Source of the DNA: Magallana gigas
Lineage: Eukaryota
DNA length: 64,000 nucleotides
Reading direction: 5' to 3'
Assembly (NCBI RefSeq): GCF_963853765.1
Contig: NC_088857.1
Span: 12,834,001 to 12,898,000, forward strand
The first letter of the stretch is position 1; each line of letters opens with the position of its first letter. This document shows positions 1 to 11,514 of the stretch, piece by piece. The notes under the pieces were generated by a model. That model did not search any database, had not been told where the DNA came from, and was given only the letters and a program-made list of their open reading frames with translations. The translations under genes and the position numbers were made by a program.

Positions 1-720
1 CCTATCACCAGGGTCACTATATCCATCACTAGAGTTTGTGTGCCCAACAACGGGGTCTGTACACCCTCACCAGGGTCAGTATACCAATCACCCGGGTCTG
101 TACACCCATAACCAGGGTCAGTATACCCATCACCAGGGTCTTCATATCTATCACCAGGATCAGAGTGCGTATCACCAGAGTCTGTACACCCTTAACCAGG
201 GTCAGTATACCCATCACCAGGGTATGTACACCCATAACCAGGGTCAGTATACCCATCACCAGGGTATATACACCCATAACCAGGGTCAGCATACCCATCA
301 CCAGGGTCTCACTACCTATCACCAGGGTCAGAGTACGTATCACCAGAGTCTGTGTGCTCATCACCAGTGTCTGTACATCCGTAGCCAAAGTCAGTATACC
401 CATCACCAGGGTCTCAATACCTATCACCAGGGTCATAATGCCTATCACCATAGTCAGAGTACGTATCACCAGAACTGTAAACATATCACCTGGGTCATTA
501 TACCTTTTAGTAGGGTCAGTGTTCGTAGTACTAGGGTCTGTGTGCCCATTATAATGGTCTGTATATTCATAACAAAGGTCAGTTTACCCTTCACCAGGGT
601 CTTAATACTTTTCACCAGGATAGTGTACGCATCAATAGGGTCTGTGTGCCCATCACCAGGGTCAGTATACCTAACACAACAGTCAGTGCACTTATCATTA
701 GGGTTTGTATATCCATTACC
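1..720 (-). repeat. 21-bp-monomer satellite array, reverse orientation (runs off the window start)
   Basis: Units such as cctatcaccagggtc and cccatcaccagggtc are the reverse complement of the gaccctggtgat(a/g)gg monomer of the downstream array. Polarity flips at about 720-740. Confidence 0.9.
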
Positions 721-734
721 TGAGTCAGGTAATA

Positions 735-3700
735 CTGACCCTGTCGATAAGTAGAGTGACCCTGGTGATAGGTATACTGATCCTGGTGCAGATTACACAT
801 ACCTTGGTGATACGTACACTCATGATCCTTGTGATATGTATACTGATGGTGATGGTTATACTTACCCTGGTTATAGATTTTGAGATTCTGGTGTTACGTA
901 TGCTGACCTTATAATATCTACACTTTTGTGTATACCGACTCTGGTGATGGATACATATTGACCCCTGTAATTGGCTACAGACCCTTGTGATACGTACACT
1001 GACTCTGTCGATAGGTATACTGACCCTGGTGATAGAGAATGTGATAGATATACTGGTGATAAATGTACTGACTCTTGTGATAGGTATACTGACCTTGGAG
1101 ATGGGCCCTCAGACCCACGGATGCGTACACTGACACGGCCGTTAGGTAAACTAACTCTGGTGATAGGTAATAGGTACAGTTATCCTGGTGAAAGTCTACT
1201 GATCAAAGTCATGGATGTACAAACCCTGATGATAAGTGCACTGACTGTTGTGATAGATATACTGACCCTAATGATGGGCACACAGACCCTATTGATTCGT
1301 AAACTATTCCTGGTGATAAGTATTTAGACCCTGGTGATGGGCATACTGGCCCTGGTTATGGGTGTACAGACTCTGGTGATGGGCACACAGACTCTGGTGA
1401 TACGTACTCTGACCCTGGTGATTGGTATGATGACCCTGGTGATGGGTATACTGACACTGGTTATGGGGGTACAGACTCTGGTGATGGGCACACAGACTCT
1501 GGTGATACGTACTCTGACCCTGGTGATACGTATGGAGACCCTGGTGATGGGTATACTGACCCTGGTTATGGGTGTACAAACTCTGGTGACTGACACACAG
1601 ACTCTGGTAATACGTACTCTGACCCTGGAGACCCTGGTGATGTGTAACTGACCCTGGTAATGTGTATACAGACCCTGGTGATAGGTCATGGATAGATCTA
1701 TTAGGGGTCAGTGACATGTTCACCCCTTATACCCCCCCCCCCCCCAAACAAAATAGCTCCTGAGTAAAAGAAAAAAAATATAGATTTCACCCTCTCCCCC
1801 TCCTTGTCTTGGATTTTTTATTGTTGGTTATGTGTATACTGACACTTGTGATGGGCACACTGACTCTGGTGATACCTACACTGACCCTGGTGATAGCTAT
1901 GGAGACCCTGATGATGGGTATTCTAACCCTGGTCATGAGTGTACAAACTCTGGTGACAGACACACAGACTCTGGTGATACGTACTCTGACCCTGGAGACC
2001 CTGGTGATGGGTATACTGACCCTGGTCATGGGTGTACAGACCCTGGTGATAGGCACACAGACTCTGGTGATACGTACTCTGACCCTGGTGATAGGAATGG
2101 AGACCCTGGTGATGGGTATACTGACCCTGGTTATTGGTGTACAGACTCTGGTGATGGGCACACAGACTCTGGTGATACGTACTCTGACTCTGGTGATAGG
2201 TATGGAGACCCTGGTGATGGGTATACTTGCCCTGGTTATGGGTATCCAGACCCTGGTGATGGGCACACAAACTCTGGTGACACGTACTCTGACTCTGGTG
2301 ATAGGTATGGAGACCCTGGTGATGGGTATACTGGCCCTGTTACGGGTGTACAGACCCTGGTGATGGGCACACAGACTCTGGTGATACGTACGCTGACCCT
2401 GGTGATAGGTATGAAGACCCTGGTGATGGGTATACTGGCCCTGGTTATGGGTGTACAGACTCTGGTGATGGGTACACAGATTCTGGTGATACGTACTCTG
2501 ACCCTGGTGATAGGTATTGAGACCCTGGTGATGGGTATACTGGCCCTGGTTATGGGTGTACAGACTCTGGTGAGGGGCACACAGATTCTGGTGATACGTA
2601 CTCTGACCCTGGTGATAGGTATGGAGACCCTGTTGATGGGTATACTGGCCCTGGTTATGGGTAAACAGACAATGGTGATGGGCACACAAACTCTGGTGAC
2701 ACGTACTCTGACCCTGGTGATAGGTATGGAGACCCTGGTGATGGGTATACTTGCCCTGGTTATGGGTGTACAGATTCTGGTGATGGGCACACAGACTCTG
2801 GTGATACGTACGTTGACCCTGGTGATAGGTATGGAGACCCTGGTGATGGGTATACAGACCCTGGTTATGGGTGTACAGACTCTGGTGAAGGGCACACAGA
2901 CTCTGGTGATACGTACTCTGACCCTGGTGATAGGTATGGAGACCCTGGTGATGGGTATACTGACCCTGGTTATGGGTATACAGACCCTGGTGATGGGCAC
3001 ACAAACTCTGGTGACACGTACTCTGACCCTGGTGATAGGTATGGAGACCCTGGTGATGGGTATACTGGCCCTGGTTATGGGTGTACAGACTCTGGTGATG
3101 GGCACACAGACTCTGGTGATACGTACTCTGACCCTGGTGATAGGTATGGAGACCCTGGTGATGGGTATACTGACCCTGGTTATGGGTGTACAGACTCTGG
3201 TGATGGGCACACAGACTCTGGTGATACGTACGCTGACCCTGGTGATAGGTATGGAGACCCTGGTGATGGGTATACTGACCCTGGTTATGGGTATCCAGAC
3301 ACTGGTGATGGGCACACAAACTCTGGTGACACGTACTCTGACCCTGGTGATAGGTATGGAGACCCTGGTGATGGGTATACTTGCCCTGGTTATGGGTGTA
3401 CAGATTCTGGTGAAGGGCACACAGACTCTGGTGATACGTACTCTGACCCTGGTGATAGGTATGGGGACCCTGGTGATGGGTATACTGACCCTGGTTATGG
3501 GTATACAGACAATGGTGATGGGCACACAAACTCTGGTGACACGTACTCTGACCCTGGTGATAGGTATGGAGACCCTGGTGATACGTATGAAGACCCTGGT
3601 GATGGGTATACTGGCCCTGGTTATGGGTGTACAGACTCTGGTGAAGGGCACACAGACTCTGGTGATACGTACTCTGACCCTGGTGATAGGTATGGGGACC

Positions 3701-5525
3701 CTGGTGATGGGTATACTGACCCTGGTTATGGGTATACAGACAATGGTGATGGGCACACAAACTCTGGTGACACGTACTCTGACCCTGGTGATAGGTATGG
3801 AGACCCTGGTGATGGGTATACTGGCCCTGGTTATGGGTTTACAGACTCTGGTGATGGGCACACAGACTCTGGTGACACGTACTCTGACCCTGGTGATAGG
3901 TATGGAGACCCTGGTGATGGGTATACTGGCCCTGGTTATGGGTATACAGACCCTGGTGATGGGCACACAGACTCTGGTGATACGTACTCTGACCCTGGTG
4001 ATAGGTATGAAGACCCTGGTGATGGGTATACTGGCCCTGGTTATGGGTGTACAGACTCTGGTGAAGGGCACACAGACTCTGGTGATACGTACTCTGACCC
4101 TGGTGATAGGTATGGAGACCCTGGTGATGGGTATACTGGCCCTGGTTATGGGTGTACAGACCCTGGTGATGGGCACACAGATTCTGGTGATACGTACTCT
4201 GACCCTGGTGATAGGTATGGAGACCCTGGTGATGGGTATACTGACCCTGGTTATGGGTATCCAGACCCTGGTGATGGGCACACAGACTCTGGTGACACGT
4301 ACTTAGACCCTGGTGATAGGTATGGAGACCCTGGTGATGGGTATACTGGCCCTGGTTATGGGTGTACAGACTCTGGTGATGGGCACACAGACTCTGGTGA
4401 TACGTACTCTGACCCTGGTGATAGGTATGGAGACCCTGGTAATGGGTATACTGGCCCTGTTATGGGTATACAGACCCTGGTGATGGGCACACAGACTCTG
4501 GTGATACGTACTCTGACCCTGGTGATAGGTATGAAGACCCTGGTGATGGGTATACTGGCCCTTGTTATGGGTGTACAGACTCTGGTGAAGGGCACACAGA
4601 CTCTGGTGATACGTACTCTGACCCTGGTGATAGGTATGGAGACCCTGGTGATGGGTATACTGGCCCTGGTTATGGGTGTACAGACCCTGGTGATGGGCAC
4701 ACAGATTCTGGTGATACGTACTCTGACCCTGGTGATAGGTATGGAGACCCTGGTGATGGGTATACTGACCCTGGTTATGGGTATCCAGACCCTGGTGATG
4801 GGCACACAGACTCTGGTGACACGTACTTAGACCCTGGTGATAGGTATGGAGACCCTGGTGATGGGTATACTGGCCCTGGTTATGGGTGTACAGACTCTGG
4901 TGATGGGCACACAGACTCTGGTGATACGTACTCTGACCCTGGTGATAGGTATGGAGACCCTGGTGATGGGTATACTGGCCCTGTTATGGGTATACAGACC
5001 CTGGTGATGGGCACACAGACTCTGGTGATACGTACTCTGACCCTGGTGATAGGTATGAAGACCCTGGTGATGGGTATACTGGCCCTTGTTATGGGTGTAC
5101 AGACTCTGGTGAAGGGCACACAGACTCTGGTGATACGTTCTCTGACCCTGGTGATAGGTATGGAGACCCTGTGATGGGTATACTGGCCCTGGTTATGGGT
5201 GTACAGACCCTGGTGAAGGGCACACAGACTCTGGTGATACGTTCTCTGACCCTTGTGATAGGTATGGAGACCCTGGTGATGGGTATACTGACCCTGGTTA
5301 TGGGTGTACAGACTCTGGTGATGGGCACACAGACTCTGGTGATACGTACTCTGACCCTGGTGATAGGTATGGAGACCCTGGTGATGGGTATACTAGCCCT
5401 GGTTATGGGTGTACAGACTCTGGTGATGGGCACACAGACTCTGGTGATACGTACTCTGACCCTGTAGACCATGATGATGGGTATACTGACCCTGGTTATG
5501 TGTATACAGACCCTGGTGATAGGTC
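735..5525 (+). repeat. Satellite array: 105-bp higher-order unit of five 21-bp monomers
   Basis: Unit gaccctggtgatgggtatact-gaccctggttatgggtgtaca-gactctggtgatgggcacaca-gactctggtgatacgtactct-gaccctggtgataggtatgga. Degenerate over 735-1320, regular from about 1327, interrupted by a non-satellite segment at about 1690-1830. Confidence 0.95.
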
Positions 5526-7143
5526 ATGGGTAGATCTTCAAGGGTTTAGTGACCTGTTCACCCCTAATACCCCTCCAACAAAATAGCTCCTGAGTAAAAA
5601 AAAAAAAAAGGAAAATAGATTTCTTCTTTCTTCCCCTCTTAGTCTTGGATTTTTTATTTATTTTGGACTAAGGTGTTTGTAGAACCTGGTGAATGGAACA
5701 ATGCACGAGATAATATTGGTTTACATAAAGTCTTTATACTAGCATACATGTATGTAATGAAACTGCAGTCCCGTCCCCCTGTCCCTGCCCCCATTCCAAC
5801 CCCCCCCCCCCCCTTCCGATGCTAAGTGCCTGTTGTTTTCCTGTAACATTGATTTTGATTGTTCTCTCAATTATTTATTTAATTTTTTGGTGTAAAATCT
5901 AATGTACATAACATTTTTATCACTTCTGATCATATTTTTTATATAAAAATCGCATTTTTAAATTGCACATATATCAGTTCGAAGTTCCTCCAAATAGCTT
6001 TCGAATTTCCTCCCAATCGTTTACCGATCCCGATGGAAAGTTGGTTCACGCATGCGCACATCCTGGTTATAGTGCCTGGTTATAGGATATAAAAAGTACC
6101 CTATTCTATACCTCGTTGGGAAGGTACCCGTATTTTGTGTAAGTGTTGCCCAGCAGCATACTTTACAGGCATTATAAGCTTTTCTTCCGATAAAAGTTCA
6201 TATTAGCATATATATTTTCTATCTTTATCCAAGATAAAATTAAAAGTTTTAACAGGAAACGAAACAGGTTTGCCCAGAACTGCATAACAATGCTACATAT
6301 GTCATTTGTGACTGTGTTGTGGTTAAATCTAGATCAAGCAGTTTCACACTGACAGACTTCACACATACCTGTATTATTGATATTAATGTTGTCATGCATT
6401 ATATTGGAAAATTTCCATTTTTCAGAAATAAATTTATAGAATTCATGTTAGTGCAATATTATCACGAATACATGTATAATTGATACTGAAAGCAACCAGT
6501 TGCGGTTGTAAAACATAGTTTATCTGATAAATATAGATTCACAATTGTGAAAATATTATTAACTCTTAGCTTAAGATAATGACTGTAAATTATAGTTTAC
6601 AAACTTGAATCTATATTTATCATGTTTATCAGCAAAATCTATTGTCAATGTTATTTGCAGACAGATAAACTTAGAATAGTATTCACTAACTTAAATAACT
6701 GTAGATTCAAAACTATAAGCTACTTTTCTATTATCCTCAGTTTCAAAGGAGGTCCTGGTGATCACCTGCTATTCTTTACTAATTAGTCGGATTAATTAGT
6801 TCAATTGTTTTCTATTTTGTCAATGACCTGTTACAAACTATGAAGAATAAATGAGCCATATTGTCAAATTATTAATGTTTTCCTGCCAATTTTGATATTA
6901 GATCATGTTTTGTCATGATATATACGTATATGTAAATAAAACAATTGTAAAATATTCACACACCACAAGGAGTTTTGAAAGAAAAGTTCATTTTCCTATC
7001 TCCTGTCTAATACTTTAGACAATCTAATTCCTGTACACCAGATTTTAACTTGGTTTGTAAAATGTCATTTTGTCTCTGTGTGACTTTGTTTTTTATAAGT
7101 AGCTGTCAGTGTTAAGGTTTCTCTTTTATTGGTAGCTTTAACA

Positions 7144-9255
7144 ATGTCCAACGACGTGGTAGCCACATGGCAGGTGGCCCTACCTGATGGAGTCCATGAC
7201 ATTGAGTTTGAACATGGGACAACATCTGGCAAAAGAGTCATCCGAGTGGACGGAAAGGTATGTTACTTTTATTGAATTCGACAAGTGTTGAAGAATTTTT
7301 TGCATAGTTTGAATATACCTGTTTAACTGTTTTTGTACATTTTGTACCAAACAAAATATTTTAATTTAAAGATATGAACTCCTTTTTCCTGGTGTTTTCT
7401 CTTCAGCTATATCTATTCTGATTTCAGTTGTAGATCTTTTTTTGTTATACTTTTTGATAGCCATGGCCTGAACTTACATATATTGGTTATATACAAAATA
7501 ATGAAATGATATCCAAATTCATAATACCAATATTCAAATGCTATTTATTTCAATCTGTTGTTTTTATAAAACTGGTCTACTGTCAGTAAATAAAACTCTG
7601 TCTGTTATTCAAATTCATAATACCAGTATTCATATGCTATTTATTTCTGTTTTTTTATTTTTTATTAAACTAGTTTATTGTCTTAATAAAACTTTGTCTG
7701 AGCCCCCAACCCAGAAATGATTCATAAATAGCATTTCTAATATGAATCCAATTTTTGTTATATTGTAGGAGATCTATAAGGTAGACTGGATGTTCAAGTT
7801 AGTCGGCAAGGAACACTTTCAGGTAGGCCACAGCAAGGCCAAATGTACAATCACTATAGACGCTGTCAGTGGATTTGCTTATGAATACACACTGGAAGTC
7901 AATGGGAAAAGTTTGAACAAGTTCCGCGAGAACCAGAGCAAAGTTCAGAAGGCGTGGGTTCTGACCATTGCAGGGAACCCCATCAGGGTGTGCTTGGGTG
8001 AGAATATGTTCTTACAGTTTAGAAGGGGTGTTTTTTTGTCTGCTGAAGTTGCATTTACATGTAATAATTTTAACAAACAACTGTTGTTGTCTGACGTATG
8101 TAAACAAATCAGTTTATTTTCATGGCACCTGGTAAAACTACTTCACGTCTCAATTTGGTTTTCGTAAGACAGATTGCAAATAACAGCTCCCATTCATTTA
8201 GGTTTAATAACCCGTAATATATCAGTCATCCTTATTGTTTTTGAGACATAGCAATATTTGTAAACTGAATCTCTTATTGAATATCAGTTTTAAAAAAAAA
8301 GAAAATAAAAACCAAGTAATTAATTCAACAGCATTTATTGGCTGTTTGATTTTACAGTTTATTTATTTATTTATTTATCTTCATACAAAACAGTGCCTTA
8401 CATTTATTATTGTTTTATCAACAGAAAAAGACACACTGGATGTTTGGGTGAATGGAGACAAAGTGGAAACATTTGTAAGTAATTTGATTTTCATTCAATA
8501 TTTAAGAAATCTGCAGCTAGTTATATTGTAAAAATTTAATGAAGAAAATGGTTGATTATGAATAATAATTAAGGAAGTAATGAAAAAATTTACTCATATC
8601 AATGTTCATGGGTTACAGGAAGTGACCTCCTTTTTGGAAATAATATGGTTACAAATCTCTAACCCACAATATTACTACCGTAAGGTTCAGTGGGGGTATA
8701 TATTGTTAAAGACAGATGCAACGTTCCTCAGTTTTATATAATTTTCCTTGATAGATTATTTCTTCTTTATTTGCATTAAAATCTGTTAATGCCCAAAAAC
8801 TCAGGGTGCATTACCAGGCTAATTTCGGAGTTAGAATATTTTGAATTTTTCTTTTAATTGCATACAAAATGCAATTAAATGCTTTTTGGAAAAGTCAAAA
8901 CATGTATTTTCGATTGAAACCATATATCAAAATAAAAAAAAAAATCATGTAACATGAAAATATAAATTTGGCATAACGCAGTGGAAAGCTTCACATTGCG
9001 GAGATAGAAAAAAGAGAAAATTATGGAAGATAGGTCGTGTCTGACCTTAAAGTGAAAGAAGGACTAAGATAAAATCAGGTAGTCTATAATCTTGTTTTAT
9101 TTCAGGGAGAATTTGGGGAAGAAGGAACAGAGACTCATTTCCAGATCGGGGCTCACTCTGCCCACATCACCGCCATTAGCAGTGGGCGGCGGCGTGACGG
9201 AATTCTACATAAACTGTTCGTAGACGACACAGAAATCCCAGAATGCAGCGATTGA
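7144..9255 (+). CDS. FAIM: Fas apoptotic inhibitory molecule 1
   Basis: Exons 7144-7257, 7769-7997, 8425-8474, 9106-9255, all GT-AG and phase-consistent. Translation MSNDVVATWQVALPDGVHDIEFEHGTTSGKRVIRVDGK/EIYKVDWMFKLVGKEHF...GFAYEYTLEVNGKSL.../EKDTLDVWVNGDKVETF/GEFGEEGTETHFQIG...LFVDDTEIPECSD* closely matches FAIM1 as I recall it. Confidence 0.95.
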
Positions 9256-11514
9256 CCTAGCTTATGACCTTATAGAGAAATATGATGCTTTTTAAAGCTG
9301 ATTTATTTTATTTCATTCCAGATTTTCTTTTTCAGGAGAATTTAGATTTGGTTTGATAGTTAGATTTATTTTTTTTTATATACCATTCCGTCCATATACA
9401 CTGTACCCTACACTGTTGTAATGTGACATCAGCATTTTTGTTCGAATATCATTTACTTTTTTTTCGTGATTGCATGCATTTTTCTCAGTCATAATCTAAC
9501 AGTTTTTTCATTATAATTTTATGTATCACTCTCTTTTGTTTTTATGGTGGAATGTATCAAAGTTAATTCTTTCTTATAATGTGAAAACAAAGTTTTACGA
9601 TGGTTTTGTTCCTACAAAAATACCTCCACTTGTAGATTGGTCAGAAGGGTATTCAGCTTCATACTTGTACAATGTACTTTGAAAAATAAGCAACTATTAA
9701 ACAGTTGTATACTGTAGATTCCTAATTAAATACAAGGAATTAATATCCAAGTAAAATTGCGAGAAACACCCCGTACAGATATTAAAATTTCACCTTTTTT
9801 TAAGACAGTTGTAAAGTATATTAAATTATAACAAAATTTTGGTGTTCGCGATTTTATATTCTCGCAATTTGATTCAAAATAGCAGAATTGCAGAATTAGG
9901 TTCTCATGTATAATAAGGAATCTACAGTATTTTATTCCTGTTAGATATGAACCACTTGTTGCAATGAACCTGCGTGCAATTGTGTGACATATCAGAGGCC
10001 AAAACACATGCTAAAAATGCTACAATTACATGTACTACAACAGGTACCTCATGATAATATCCCAGGTGCTGTTTGACCAATCTACACCAATGGCGACATA
10101 GCATTGTGCACCCTAACATGTTTTGAATCTTTTGATTATATTTGTGCCTCATTTTTATGATGTATTTTAGATTTCTTGGGTAGATATTTGCCATATGTAT
10201 GTGTGTACATATCTGTTTATTTTGATATACACATTCAGTGTATTGATTATTTATTTGATAGGATAATACATATTTTGTGAGAACTCGCATATAATTACGG
10301 TAAGAAAAGTAATTTGTCAATAATTTTGATACACAAATATCTGTATAAGCTATAAATTCCAACATTCCAAAATAACCAGATATACTTTAATAGCGAGTAT
10401 GTATGTACATGTACTTTGTATGTATGAACATGTATTTGCTAGACAAAAAGGTTATTTCTGATTCTTTCTTCTGTTCAGAATGATAAGAATGTGCTTATTT
10501 AAAGCTTTTGTGTTTGGTGGTTATAAATAAAGTAGAGAAGCACAATTTTTAGTTGATTAAGTCCTGATTAATAAAAAAATCCACCTTGCCCTATTATGGC
10601 TAATGTGTTAGGACCTGTCAACATTGCTGTGACTTGATCTCAAATTTTTAACTTCCGCTGTATCCATTCATCTTCTAAGCAAGAAAATTTTGTTGTCAAA
10701 TTTTATGTACATGTTTTCATTTATAAAAATTTCTTGCTTTGATGCCCAATTATACTTGAGTAGATCTGCATTTTATTTCAGTCTTGAAAAAATTATTGTA
10801 TTGAATTTTGTATTTCTGTGATCAACAATATTATGCTCATATTAAAATCAGAAAAATACTGTAAATTTATCATATCATTATTTTTGTTTTGGCTGTATAA
10901 TGACAATCTATGAGATTATACCGAAACTGTGCGTATATCCAACCATTTTCTTAGCACTCTGCATGCATGGGTCTGCAGTAACTTTACAATATTATTTGTG
11001 ATATTTATCAATTGAAGGATCTTGTTGTCACATATGTATCTGTGATTCTTAAATGATTTTGTTTGATTTTACAACCCTTTCTATGTAGTTTTTAATGTTT
11101 GAAATAAATATAAAAATAAATTCACTGAAATTTGTCTTCATTTTTATTAAAGGAATAATATATTAATTATTAATTCTGGAATTAATAATGTAAAGTACAG
11201 AGTATTTTTTTAAAGTATTTTTGAAAATAACAAATGCATATAAAAAAAAATACTAAGTGTAGAAAAAGGAAAAGGTAATTAACAAAATTAATGAATTCAA
11301 GAGGAAAACATCCTCTCCCATAATTACCTTTACATAAAATGCACATCAAAAAGTATAGAGATTCAAATGACAAAAAATTGTGAAAATAGTGAAATAATTC
11401 AAAAAGAAGAAAACACAAACATGCACACATACTCTCCCTTTCACTCCCTGTCTGTGAGAATGAGTTTAGATGATATCATGTTTATAAATCACAATAGCAT
11501 TCTTTCAGCTGCTC

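Noticed and set aside
29-5472. Long ORFs (up to 824 aa) in the satellite, including an Asp/Gly-rich DPGDGYT frame resembling a shell-matrix protein
   Set aside because: The frames are open because of monomer composition. Single-base deletions (about 2340, 4457, 4981, 5171) shift frame repeatedly, a TAA occurs in the DPG frame near 2661, and there is no signal peptide or splice context.
6046-6060. NRF1-like tgcgcatgcg site and possible non-coding first exon of FAIM
   Set aside because: Plausible promoter position, but a single short motif without transcript data is insufficient to call.
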